Below are positions 1-9,253 of a stretch of DNA of 41,534 nt, in pieces. Position 1 is the first letter of the stretch. The number at the start of each line of letters is the position of its first letter. This stretch comes from Candidatus Parcubacteria bacterium. Lineage in GTDB: Bacteria; Patescibacteriota; Minisyncoccia; Phycocordibacterales; UBA918. Both the position numbers and the translations under genes were made by a program. Where the stretch lies: the NCBI GenBank assembly GCA_046050355.1, contig JBJOPW010000010.1, forward strand, positions 1 to 41,534, in the 5' to 3' direction. Below the pieces are notes generated by a model. That model ran no database searches. It was not told the origin of the DNA and was given only the letters and a program-made list of their open reading frames with translations.

Positions 1-64
1 CCAAGATGATGACGCTGAAAAACGTGGTGACAACTTCACCGTACTCAGTGCGTAACAAACGAGA

Positions 65-124
65 GGACTTCAGTCCGTGCTTGAAGCCACGAAGAACCCC
101 TCGCCTTGAGGCGAGGGTGGTTCA
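65..124 (+). mobile_element. IS200/IS605-family right end (subterminal hairpin, probable 3' part of a TnpB omega-RNA scaffold)
   Basis: GAAGAACCCCTCGCC-TTGA-GGCGAGGGTGGTTCA: a hairpin at 98-117 followed by GGTTCA, the layout typical of IS605/IS1341 right ends. A small hairpin GGACT-T-CAGTCC-like lies at 65-75. The rest of the element is outside the window. Confidence 0.6.
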
Positions 125-216
125 GTTTTAATCCCAATGCAGAATTGTATAAGTATGCGAAGAAGGCAGGTTGGGAAGTGGTCGTAGAACGCAAAGATGT
201 CATCTATAAACTCTAA
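125..216 (+). pseudogene. C-terminal fragment of a HAD-IB (SerB-like) hydrolase, cut off by the IS end
   Basis: Frame 1 from 127 reads FNPNAELYKYAKKAGWEVVVERKDVIYKL*, resembling the HAD-IB C-terminal 'NP...L...A...GW' segment. An in-frame stop lies upstream at 82-84 and there is no ATG start. Confidence 0.55.
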
Positions 217-219
217 ATC

Positions 220-435
220 ATGGCCAAAAAATTGTATCGACTAAAAGAAGACGCCATGGTGGCAGGAGTTGTCGCCGCCCTAGCGCGACACTTTGACCAG
301 GATCCGGTGCTATTCCGCATCGTGGCGATTACGCTTTTGATAATTACGGGTGTGTTCCCGGGGGTGTTTATCTACCTCGCGGGCTGGTTCATTATTCCGC
401 GTCAGTCTCGTCACGCTGACTACACGATTGACTAA
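220..435 (+). CDS. PspC domain-containing membrane protein
   Basis: KKLYR...MVAGVVAALARHFDQDPVLFR, a TM helix and YLAGWFIIP match the PspC pattern. Confidence 0.85.
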   Translation: MAKKLYRLKEDAMVAGVVAALARHFDQDPVLFRIVAITLLIITGVFPGVFIYLAGWFIIPRQSRHADYTID

Positions 436-436
436 T

Positions 437-1807
437 ATGCAAATTGACCAGCGACGCATACAGCAATTGCAGTCTGGAGAGCCGGGTCAAGGCCTGGTTT
501 TGTATGTCATGGCGCGCGAACAGCGCGTGGCTGACAATGCTGCCTTGGTCTGTGCCATGGAGCGGGCGAATGAGCGCGAGGTACCACTCCTCGTACTGTT
601 TGCGCTGGGGCCCATGTTCCAAAATGGCTCGGCACGGCATAACGAATGGATGGTCGCGAGCCTTAAGGAAGTGTCTGAAAATCTCGCTAAGAAATCAATT
701 CCATTTTTCCTTGAGATGGGAGAGTGGAGTACGGTGGTCGCAGATTTTGTGAAGCGACACGCAATCGGCGAGGTCGTGCTTGATTTTAATCCGCTCGAAC
801 CGGTGCGTTCGTGGCGCGAGGAGCTCGCAAAGAAAGTAGCGGTGCCAGTCATAGTGGTTGATGCTCGCAATGTGATACCGGTGTGGGTCACTAGTCCGAA
901 GGCGGAATTTGCTGCCTACACACTGCGTCCAAAGATTCATCGACTCCTGCCCGAGTTCCTCGTACCGGTCCCAAAGCTCCCGACACCAAAGGTATCGTAT
1001 GCAAAAGTGGTGCCAAAGATTGACTGGGAAGTGGTACGCGCTTTCCGTCAGTGTGACTACAATGAAGTAGTACCAACCACCTTTATCCCGGGAGAAAAGG
1101 CCGCGCAGACACAGCTGCGGCACTTCCTTGAACATATACTTCCGGAGTACGAGACGAAGCGCAACGACCCGGTCGAGAACGGCACGTCGGGTCTCTCACC
1201 CTATATCCGCTGGGGCAATATTTCTGTACACACTATTGCGCTGGCGGTCAAAGCGAGTGATGCCCCGGGTACGGCGAAAGATGCCTTCCTTGAAGAGTTA
1301 ATTGTCCGCCGTGAACTCGCGGAAAACTACTGCTACTACACGAAGGACTACGCGACTGTCGGAGCGGCCCATGCCTGGGCACAGACGACTATCGCTGAAC
1401 ATGCCAAGGACAAACGTGAGTTCCTCTACACGTACGAGGAGTTTCGTGATGGGAAGACTCATGATGACCTCTGGAATGCCGCGCAAAAACAAATGGTGCA
1501 AGAGGGCAAGATGCATGGCTTTTTGCGCATGTACTGGGCGAAGAAGATTCTCGAGTGGACCCCTGATGCGCAAACCGCCATTGATGTAGCACTCACACTC
1601 AATGACCGCTACGAGCTTGATGGTCGTGATAGCAATGGGGTAGCCGGGGTGATGTGGTCTATCTGCGGACTTCATGACCGCGCCTGGAATGAGCGGTCAG
1701 TCTTTGGCAAAATCCGCTACATGAACTACGCCGGCTGCAAGCGCAAGTTTGATGTGAAGACCTTTGTGGCGAAGTATTCAGGCGAAGCAGAAAGCTCACT
1801 GTTTTAA
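437..1807 (+). CDS. phr: Deoxyribodipyrimidine photolyase, class II CPD type
   Basis: Motifs REQRVADN, SGLSPY, FLEELIVRRELAENY, MHGFLRMYWAKKILEW and DGRDSNG. Start placed at ATG 437, 1 nt after the pspC stop. Confidence 0.93.
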   Translation: MQIDQRRIQQLQSGEPGQGLVLYVMAREQRVADNAALVCAMERANEREVPLLVLFALGPMFQNGSARHNEWMVASLKEVSENLAKKSIPFFLEMGEWSTVVADFVKRHAIGEVVLDFNPLEPVRSWREELAKKVAVPVIVVDARNVIPVWVTSPKAEFAAYTLRPKIHRLLPEFLVPVPKLPTPKVSYAKVVPKIDWEVVRAFRQCDYNEVVPTTFIPGEKAAQTQLRHFLEHILPEYETKRNDPVENGTSGLSPYIRWGNISVHTIALAVKASDAPGTAKDAFLEELIVRRELAENYCYYTKDYATVGAAHAWAQTTIAEHAKDKREFLYTYEEFRDGKTHDDLWNAAQKQMVQEGKMHGFLRMYWAKKILEWTPDAQTAIDVALTLNDRYELDGRDSNGVAGVMWSICGLHDRAWNERSVFGKIRYMNYAGCKRKFDVKTFVAKYSGEAESSLF

Positions 1808-1808
1808 T

Positions 1809-2624
1809 ATGATCAGCGCAGAGAAACGTTTTGTACAGACAGTCTGGGATTTTTATACATCTGAAGGGCGACACACCTTACCCTGGCGGAAGACTAAAGA
1901 CCCGTACCGGATACTGGTGTCTGAGGTGATGTTGCAACAGACGCAGGTAGACCGGGTGATACCGAAGTACCAGGAGTTCCTTAAGGCCTTTCCAACCTTC
2001 GTCGTGCTTGCAGAGGCACCCCTGGGCGCCGTGCTTGGTCACTGGCAGGGCCTGGGGTACAACCGACGGGCCAAGATGCTCCATGAGTGCGCGAAGGCCG
2101 TCGTACTCGATTATAATGGCAAGCTGCCGAAGGACGAGGTGAAGCTCCGGGCTCTGCCGGGGATTGGGCCATATACCGCACGGGCGGTTCTCGCCTTTGC
2201 TTTTGGTATCGCTGCACCACTGATAGAGACCAATGTGCGCACCGTGTACATCCACCACTTTTTTACGGACGAGACTGATGTCACGGACGCTATGCTCTTG
2301 CCGATTATCGAACGAACACTACCGCGTGATAATCCACGCGAGTGGTACTACGCGCTCATGGACTATGGGTCATACCTCAAGCGAACAGTGGGAAATAATA
2401 TCACGAAGAGCAAACACTACACGAAGCAGTCGACGTTTAAGGGCAGCGATAGACAGATTCGTGGTGCGATTGTTAAACTATTAACCACAAGCAACAAACT
2501 TCCTTATCAGAAACTTAAAGCCGAACTGTCGTTTGATGAAGTACGAGTAGCAGCACAATTAGAACGACTCATCGAGGAAGGGATGGTCATTAAAGATGGT
2601 CGCTCGTATCAATTACCAAGGTAA
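1809..2624 (+). CDS. mutY: A/G-specific adenine glycosylase (HhH-GPD), variant lacking the Fe-S cluster
   Basis: Motifs LPWR, PYRILVSEVMLQQT, WQGLGYNRRA and the HhH LPGIGPYTA. No Cys cluster follows ALMDYG. ATG 1809 is 1 nt after the phr stop. Confidence 0.88.
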   Translation: MISAEKRFVQTVWDFYTSEGRHTLPWRKTKDPYRILVSEVMLQQTQVDRVIPKYQEFLKAFPTFVVLAEAPLGAVLGHWQGLGYNRRAKMLHECAKAVVLDYNGKLPKDEVKLRALPGIGPYTARAVLAFAFGIAAPLIETNVRTVYIHHFFTDETDVTDAMLLPIIERTLPRDNPREWYYALMDYGSYLKRTVGNNITKSKHYTKQSTFKGSDRQIRGAIVKLLTTSNKLPYQKLKAELSFDEVRVAAQLERLIEEGMVIKDGRSYQLPR

Positions 2625-2682
2625 AACCTTTCTGTTAACCGAAAGATTTAAAAACCGATTTCTAGTGAAATTTCATTCCTAC

Positions 2683-2725
2683 TAACAACATACTTCATTT
2701 AAATGAAGTATGTTGTTATTTTTTT
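2683..2725 (+). terminator. Intrinsic terminator after the pspC-phr-mutY operon
   Basis: Perfect 36-bp palindrome TAACAACATACTTCATTT/AAATGAAGTATGTTGTTA followed by T7, between convergent genes. Confidence 0.7.
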
Positions 2726-2738
2726 ATCCGCGCATTTA

Positions 2739-3935
2739 CTACTTAGTATCCACCAAATACCGAGGAATAAAGACTCCAAGGGTAAGGATAAAACCTCCAA
2801 TAATAAAGAAGAGTTCAAAGGAGAAGAGGGCGAGACAAATAGCACCGAGGATGGCACCTGCTACATTAGCGGCTGGCCTTAGGAGTCGAAACACGCTCAT
2901 CAAGGACGCATCACTGCCATCAATTTGTTTGAAGAAGTAACTTTCGGTGGTGACCTCAACTAAGCTCGCCCCAAAGCGATTGATGAACATGAGCACCATA
3001 AACCCGAAGATACCAAGGCCACCAATGACGCCGATAGACGCGGTCGTGATGGCGAGGATAAGGAAGCCAATACTCATCATCTCTTGCTCGCCGAGGTAGC
3101 GGTCGGCGATGATGCCAATTGGATACTCGAAGATGACATACGCCATCAGTCCTGAAGCGATAATCACGCCAATCTCTTGCCAGGTAAAATGGAGGACAGT
3201 CGAGAGATAGAGGGGGACATAGATAATTATCCACGCAAAGAATAGCTGGAGGAGGAAGTGTGAGGCGATGACCGTGGCGATATTTTTGTTCTGCCAAGCG
3301 GCTTTGAGGAGGGGCTTAATTGGTGGTACTTCGTAAACCGGATCATAAAACTGGCGAAAGACGCCAACAATCAAGGCAAGGAAGATGAGTCCAACTCCGG
3401 CTGAGGCAAAAAAGAGTTGGGTGTAATCGTTCCCATCTCCCATGAGATAGCCCATGGATAAGGGAGCGAAGACCGCCGCTGCACTCATGAGCGAAAGAGT
3501 GAGCCCACGCTTCTTGCCGGTGTCACCCTCGCTTTTACCGATGAGGGTCTCTGAGAACACATCGATAACCAGGTACACGAGGGGATTGATCGCGAGGAAC
3601 AAAGCCAGTGCTGGGATAATCAAAAGGGGATGCCCACCAAACGCAAGGAGCAGGAGGAGAACCACGGAGAGAAGCATTACTGTCCCACCGACGACCACGT
3701 TCCCAAAGCGATTGAGAAGGCGCGGGAAGATGAGGAAGATAGCAATAGCGCCAAGGGCGCCCGCACCATGGAGAACACCAACGGCGGTGGGGTTCACGTA
3801 TTGGCCGAGATAGCTTGAGGTATTGTAGGCGACAAGGAGCGTGTGATAGGAAAAGACAATCGCCAAAAGATAGACGAAACCAAAGTGGATATGACGAGTC
3901 CCCGAGGCGAGGCTGCCATGTTTGTAAAAGTCCAT
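2739..3935 (-). CDS. MFS transporter
   Basis: About 12 hydrophobic segments and the MFS loop motif GIIADRYLG. Confidence 0.85.
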   Translation of the reverse strand: MDFYKHGSLASGTRHIHFGFVYLLAIVFSYHTLLVAYNTSSYLGQYVNPTAVGVLHGAGALGAIAIFLIFPRLLNRFGNVVVGGTVMLLSVVLLLLLAFGGHPLLIIPALALFLAINPLVYLVIDVFSETLIGKSEGDTGKKRGLTLSLMSAAAVFAPLSMGYLMGDGNDYTQLFFASAGVGLIFLALIVGVFRQFYDPVYEVPPIKPLLKAAWQNKNIATVIASHFLLQLFFAWIIIYVPLYLSTVLHFTWQEIGVIIASGLMAYVIFEYPIGIIADRYLGEQEMMSIGFLILAITTASIGVIGGLGIFGFMVLMFINRFGASLVEVTTESYFFKQIDGSDASLMSVFRLLRPAANVAGAILGAICLALFSFELFFIIGGFILTLGVFIPRYLVDTK

Positions 3936-4069
3936 GTTAGCTATAGTGTACTACAAAGCGAGTGCCCTTCGGGACGTGTCAGTGGAGAGACTCCTGTAAT
4001 ATTCTTAACACTGTAGGTAGAATTTGATCTTTTGAAGTCACACACACTAGAAAGTGTTACTATATAGAT

Positions 4070-4792
4070 ATGAATGAAGAAGTATCGGCCCTGGCATATG
4101 AATGGGTGAAAAACAATCACGATATTTTGATAGCATCAATTGCCGGACACTATAGTGATTCTGGTACAGGACGTGTGTCAGTATTTATGGCTGGTGCACC
4201 AGGTGCAGGAAAAACGGAATTTTCCCGTACCCTAATCAAGGATAGATTCGGTTTAGATACTAGTCTGATTGTTCGTATTGATCCAGATGAAATACGCATG
4301 CAAATCCCCATGTATATTGAGGGTAAAGCTGAATTTTTTAACCACGCAGTTACAAAAGCTGTCGAGCTATTACTCGATCATTGCTATGATCGAAAATTTG
4401 ATAAAAGCTTTTTGTTAGACGGAACGTTGAGTAGTATAGAAATAGCTAAAAAGAATATTAATAGAGCATTAAAACGTAATAGGAAAGTCCTAATTTATTT
4501 TGTATATAAAGATCCACTAATGGCGTGGCATTTTACCAAAGTGCGAGAAATGGATGAAGGACGAAATATTCCAAAAGAAAGTTTTGTAGAGCAGTATTTT
4601 GGTTCCATGGAGACTATTAATGCACTTAAGCAAGAGTATGGAGATAAGATACAGGTAGACTTAGTGCAATTATCTGTTCCGAAGCCGGACTCACACCAAT
4701 TAACTGACTACCGCTTTGATTTCAATATTGCTAGTATTGACGGTTATGTAAAAGTAAAGTATTCTAAAAAACAACTGCTAGAGCTATTATGA
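4070..4792 (+). CDS. Zeta-toxin-like P-loop kinase
   Basis: Walker A MAGAPGAGKT, RIDPDEIR, FLLDGTLS and R...EGRNIP. The sequence is AT-rich relative to its neighbours. Confidence 0.8.
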   Translation: MNEEVSALAYEWVKNNHDILIASIAGHYSDSGTGRVSVFMAGAPGAGKTEFSRTLIKDRFGLDTSLIVRIDPDEIRMQIPMYIEGKAEFFNHAVTKAVELLLDHCYDRKFDKSFLLDGTLSSIEIAKKNINRALKRNRKVLIYFVYKDPLMAWHFTKVREMDEGRNIPKESFVEQYFGSMETINALKQEYGDKIQVDLVQLSVPKPDSHQLTDYRFDFNIASIDGYVKVKYSKKQLLELL

Positions 4793-4983
4793 AAGCAATC
4801 CTAAAATTCTTTAGAAAAAGATCAGAAAATCCACGGGTTGCTAAAAGTCCTGTGTACGAGTTTTTTGCTGAAGCGACTGCAACTGAAAAAAAGAAAGCAT
4901 ATAGAAAAGCCCTAAAAGGCGCGTCAGATGATCAGTTGCAATTACTGTCTCGGTACAGCGAAGGGCTCTCAAACGCTCAGTAA
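4789..4983 (+). CDS. Small helical protein coupled to the zeta-like kinase (candidate antitoxin)
   Basis: TTGA start/stop overlap with the kinase gene. 64 aa containing FFAEATATEKKKAYRKALKGASDDQ. Confidence 0.6.
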   Translation: MKAILKFFRKRSENPRVAKSPVYEFFAEATATEKKKAYRKALKGASDDQLQLLSRYSEGLSNAQ

Positions 4984-4996
4984 ATAAGATTGAATT

Positions 4997-5034
4997 AAAA
5001 AAACCGCCGCCAGACCTATGGTCTGGCGGCGGTT
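4997..5034 (-). terminator. Intrinsic terminator of rnj (possibly bidirectional)
   Basis: 15-bp perfect stem AACCGCCGCCAGACC-TAT-GGTCTGGCGGCGGTT with an A7 tract on the left. Confidence 0.85.
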
Positions 5035-5053
5035 GGTTTGCGGTGTCTGCGGA

Positions 5054-7054
5054 TTACAATCCGATGAGGACAGGTATAACCATCGGTGACTTCTGCGTCT
5101 TCTGCATGAGGAAAGTCGAGACAGTGTCAGTGAGTTCATCCTTCACGTAGTCGAGATCAAGGGGGTTCATTCGTTCAGTATGCTTTTCAATCGTACGCTT
5201 GATGAGGACGCGGGCTTCCGAGAGCATCTGCTGGTTCTCACGGAGGTAGATGAAGCCGCGAGAGATGATGTCAGGAGACTTGCGGAGCTTGCCGGTCTTC
5301 GCGTTGACGGTCGCGATAATCACGAACATACCATCCTGCGCTAGCGACATACGGTCACGGAGCACCACTTCCTGACGGGCACCAACGGTGAAGCCGTCAA
5401 CGAGAATCTGTTCGTTTGGAATCTTGACCGAGAGCTTCGTGGCTTCGGTACCATTTTTGATATCAATGATGGTACCGGTATCAGGCACGATGATGTTGTC
5501 CTTCAGGAAGCCGTTCTCTACCGCAGCAAACATGTGACTCTTGAGGTGGTAGTGGTGACCGTGCACCGGGATGAGGAAGCGAGGCTTTACGGCCTGGTGT
5601 ACCCAGACGAGGTCGCCAGCATTACCATGGCCAGATGAGTGTACGTGTGACCCTTGGTAGTTGATGATGCGGGCGTTGCGGCGGTAAATATTGTCTTTGA
5701 GCTTTTGTACCGCAATTTCGTTTCCGGGAATCACCGATGACGAAAGTACCACGGTATCTCGTTCAGTGAGGTTGATACTCTTGTGCTTTTCGGTAGCCAT
5801 ACGCATCAGCGCTGCATATTCTTCACCCTGGGCACCGGTCGAGAGTACGACCACTTTATCAGCTGGATAGTCGCCGATGTGGGTGGCGTCGATAAAGACC
5901 TTTGGATCTACCTCAAGCATCTTCGCGGTCAAAGCAATATCGATGTGGGTCTTGATACTGCGACCTTCGAGCACGACCTTCTTACCGAGCAGTTCACAAC
6001 TCTTAATCACCGAGATCAGTCGGTCGAACTGTGAGGCAAAGGTACCGATAATCAAGCGACCACGGGTAGTGCGAATAATTTCTTCAAGGGTTTGGTACAC
6101 CTTGGCTTCAGAGGCTGAGAAGCCGCTGCGGTCGGCGTTCGTGGAGTCACAGAGGAGGGCAATGTTGTTGTCCTTGCCGATGCGTTCCCACGAATTCTTT
6201 TCTTCTACTACCACGTTACCTTGTTCGTCAGTGACGACCTTGATGTCACCCGTGACGACAATGTTGCCGTGCTTGGTTTCAAACGAGAGACCCATCGCAT
6301 CGGGAATCGAGTGGGTTACCGGGAAGGTCTTGATGCGCATTTTGCCCACGGTAAAGGTCTCGCCTTCTTTGACGATGTTCATGTTCACTGGTTCGAGGTG
6401 TGGGAATTCTTCCTGACGCTTCAAGACCATGAGTGAAGTAAGGTACTGCGTGTAGATTGGTGGGTTCCCGATACGCTCGAGAATAAAAGGGATACCGCCG
6501 ATGTGGTCGAGGTGACCGTGGGTGATAACGAGCGCGCGGATTTTGTCCTTGCGCTCTTCAAGGTACTGGGTGTTGGGGAGGATGTAGTTCACACCAGGGG
6601 CATGACTCTCTTCAGACACGAACTGGAAACCAGCATCGATGACGATAATGTCGTCTTTGGTTTCGATGATGTTCATGTTTCGGCCAATTTCTTCCACGCC
6701 AGATACGGTGATAATGCGGACTGTGTCTTCGTCCAAGATTTCGGGAATCACTGGACTCTTCTCGTCTGAGATAGCCATGCGGTGGGTGAGGGCAGGGCTC
6801 GTCATATTCCGACGTCGCTCATTTGGGCGGCGACGCTTGGGACGACGTTTTTCTCCGTCGGTGCTAGCCGGTGCTGCTTCGCGACGGGGGTGTGCTGTTG
6901 CCCGTGCTTCACCAGGGCGTGCAGTTGTATGTGGTCGGGGGGCACCATCGCGACGACGATTGCGGTGGAATGGCCGGCGCCGTTCTCCGGTTCCGGTTTG
7001 GTTGCTGTGGTTTGTGTGTGGGGTCGTACTGTTCGTAGGTTCTGTCATATTCAT
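5054..7054 (-). CDS. rnj: Ribonuclease J with a long Arg-rich N-terminal extension
   Basis: Motifs GVEEIGRNM, THGHLDHIGG, THSIPD, HSSGH, PVHG and C-terminal PDIISRGF...PMVIPV. Confidence 0.95.
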   Translation of the reverse strand: MNMTEPTNSTTPHTNHSNQTGTGERRRPFHRNRRRDGAPRPHTTARPGEARATAHPRREAAPASTDGEKRRPKRRRPNERRRNMTSPALTHRMAISDEKSPVIPEILDEDTVRIITVSGVEEIGRNMNIIETKDDIIVIDAGFQFVSEESHAPGVNYILPNTQYLEERKDKIRALVITHGHLDHIGGIPFILERIGNPPIYTQYLTSLMVLKRQEEFPHLEPVNMNIVKEGETFTVGKMRIKTFPVTHSIPDAMGLSFETKHGNIVVTGDIKVVTDEQGNVVVEEKNSWERIGKDNNIALLCDSTNADRSGFSASEAKVYQTLEEIIRTTRGRLIIGTFASQFDRLISVIKSCELLGKKVVLEGRSIKTHIDIALTAKMLEVDPKVFIDATHIGDYPADKVVVLSTGAQGEEYAALMRMATEKHKSINLTERDTVVLSSSVIPGNEIAVQKLKDNIYRRNARIINYQGSHVHSSGHGNAGDLVWVHQAVKPRFLIPVHGHHYHLKSHMFAAVENGFLKDNIIVPDTGTIIDIKNGTEATKLSVKIPNEQILVDGFTVGARQEVVLRDRMSLAQDGMFVIIATVNAKTGKLRKSPDIISRGFIYLRENQQMLSEARVLIKRTIEKHTERMNPLDLDYVKDELTDTVSTFLMQKTQKSPMVIPVLIGL

Positions 7055-7074
7055 TTCGTTAGGATATATTCTCG

Positions 7075-8802
7075 TTAATCATTACTGTTGTTAAAAATCG
7101 GCCATCTATCTTCTCGTGCCACAAACCAATTTTCGATATTCATAAAACGTTCGTGCGGCTTACTGAGTCCCTCCATCGGTGTAACACTGACATCTTTATC
7201 TATCACGTAAGGAAGTGACGGAACAAACAAAAAGAGGGCAGGACGCTCATTTTTGATGATGTTCATAGCGGTTACGGCTTTGGCGTCACGATCATTGCTG
7301 CTGGTGGCCGTACGGGCATCCGAAAGGAGGTTATCAACTTCAATATTAGCATACTGCGCAATATTTAAACCAGGGTCTTCACGCTGACTTGAGTGCCAAA
7401 ATGGGTATAAGTCGACGGTGCGATTCATATCGAGACCAAAGAGAAGGATTTCATAATCGCGGGGGCGAATTACTGCTTGGAGGAGGTCACTCTGTTCGTA
7501 CTTTTCAATATCAACTTGAATACCAATGGCACGCCAGGCTTCAATGACAGCACTAGCGGTATCGGCCAAGAGATCGGTTTGGGCGGTACGAACGGTGAAA
7601 GCGAGTGTTACTGCACTACCGTCGATCCGCTTTTCCCACAAACCATTTTGGTTCTTTTGCCAGCCAGCTTTCGTGAGCATACGGGTGGTTTCTTGGATGA
7701 CATCTTTCTCTTGTGTCGGGATGGTGTAGTCAGCGCTGGTTGGCGGTAGGGGCGTGTCGGTAGGGACTCCGTAGCCAGACAAGACAGTTGTGACCAAAGC
7801 ATTGCGATCAATAGCAACTTCTAGCGCTTCACGCACGGCGGCGTCACGGAGGGCAATGGATTTGTTTTGGTTAAAAAACAGAGCAAAGACACGAGGGAGA
7901 GGCTTTTCAATAATAGTATAGGTGTTGGTATCGACCACGGTCGCGATTTCTGTAGTTGGGAGATTCGTTGTGCTCGTGAGCTTGTTCTCAGTAAAGGCGG
8001 TTACTAGATCTTCTTCGTTCTGGTAAAAACGAACCGTCATTCGTTCAAGCTTTACATCATCCTTGGCCCGCTCAAGTTCATAGGTTTCGATGAGGCCAGC
8101 CTCATTACGAATGACCTTTTTGAGTGCAAACGGTCCTGAACCAATTGGCTCGGTATTGCGTTGACTAAACGGGATTTGTTCGAGTGGCAATTCACTCCAG
8201 ATATGTCGCGGAAGGATGCCAACGGTGAAGTTTTCTATAAATGGCGTATACGCTTCATCAAGGACGACATTAAGTTCGTATTCGCTAATCTCTTCAATGG
8301 TCACCCCTGCCCAGTTGCCCCGCAGTGGACTTTTGAGGTCGGGGTTCTGGATAAGGCCAACTGTAAAGGCGACATCACGAGCGGTCAGTGGCGTCCCATC
8401 GTGAAAGACCGCGTCCCGGCGCATAATAATGTTGTACGTTTTACCGTCTTCTGAACGGGTAACACTTTCAGCGAGGTCGGGGATAAGGATGCCGTCAGTA
8501 TTGATCTTCATGAGACCGCTAAACAATAGTGCGCTCATATCCTGGTCAGCGCGTGTCACTGCCAGGACTGGATTGACGAAGCGAGGAATACCGACCACTC
8601 CTTCAACCACAGTTCCTCCGGGGATAGGTGTTGATACGACAAACGCCTGATTCACCAACATCACACCCCAGATAAAACAGCCAATAGCAGCAAAAAACAG
8701 GCTACGCAGGATGAGCCGGTCGCTTGGACGCGCGGTTTCGATCCGATGGATGAGTCGTCCGAACCACTGACCTCGTGGGCGGGGAGATGAGCCGATGTAC
8801 AT
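7075..8802 (-). CDS. Peptide/nickel ABC transporter substrate-binding protein (family 5), membrane-anchored
   Basis: Motifs PDLAES, FHDGTPLTARDVAFT, PIGSGPF and AIDR, plus an N-terminal TM helix. Confidence 0.88.
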   Translation of the reverse strand: MYIGSSPRPRGQWFGRLIHRIETARPSDRLILRSLFFAAIGCFIWGVMLVNQAFVVSTPIPGGTVVEGVVGIPRFVNPVLAVTRADQDMSALLFSGLMKINTDGILIPDLAESVTRSEDGKTYNIIMRRDAVFHDGTPLTARDVAFTVGLIQNPDLKSPLRGNWAGVTIEEISEYELNVVLDEAYTPFIENFTVGILPRHIWSELPLEQIPFSQRNTEPIGSGPFALKKVIRNEAGLIETYELERAKDDVKLERMTVRFYQNEEDLVTAFTENKLTSTTNLPTTEIATVVDTNTYTIIEKPLPRVFALFFNQNKSIALRDAAVREALEVAIDRNALVTTVLSGYGVPTDTPLPPTSADYTIPTQEKDVIQETTRMLTKAGWQKNQNGLWEKRIDGSAVTLAFTVRTAQTDLLADTASAVIEAWRAIGIQVDIEKYEQSDLLQAVIRPRDYEILLFGLDMNRTVDLYPFWHSSQREDPGLNIAQYANIEVDNLLSDARTATSSNDRDAKAVTAMNIIKNERPALFLFVPSLPYVIDKDVSVTPMEGLSKPHERFMNIENWFVAREDRWPIFNNSND

Positions 8803-8886
8803 ACAAGAGAGTTAATAAGATGTTTTAGACACAAGAAAAGCCTCTAACACAGGTATACGTCCGAAAAACAGGTGGTTCGTATTGAC

Positions 8887-9126
8887 CTAGATCAATACAT
8901 TCATGAACGCTGCTACTACGAAAAGTACGGCAATACCGATTGAGAACTTAAACAGGAAAAGCTCTGCGCCACGACGCTTGTGGAAGGCTGAACTGAAGTT
9001 ATCGCCACCGAAGGCTCCGCCAAGACTAGAACCACGCTGCTGCAAGAGGATAGATGCAATAAGGAGGACAGCGAGGATAATCTGGATGAATGGCAACGCA
9101 GGTTGCACGGTCTGAATGATTTCCAT
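8887..9126 (-). CDS. secG: Preprotein translocase subunit SecG
   Basis: Two TM helices flanking ILLQQRGSSLGGAFGG...RRGAE. Confidence 0.92.
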   Translation of the reverse strand: MEIIQTVQPALPFIQIILAVLLIASILLQQRGSSLGGAFGGDNFSSAFHKRRGAELFLFKFSIGIAVLFVVAAFMNVLI

Positions 9127-9206
9127 GTACGCAGTACTATAGCATAGGCCTATAGAGATGTAAACGGAAGGCGGGGAAACGACTGAAGTTACATAAATGT
9201 ATCAGG

Positions 9207-9242
9207 AAAATAAAAAGAAAGCGCCCGCAGGGATGCGGGCGC
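9207..9242 (-). terminator. Intrinsic terminator of the orphan ORF 9254-9952
   Basis: GCGCCCGCA-GGGA-TGCGGGCGC stem with a U-rich tail on the minus strand. Confidence 0.8.
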
Positions 9243-9253
9243 CGAAGGTGATG

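Noticed and set aside
350-436. Upstream extensions of the phr ORF (and similarly mutY, groES, DUF2207 and 32421)
   Set aside because: They overlap upstream genes, leaders or IS ends. Downstream ATGs give tight coupling and family-typical N-termini.
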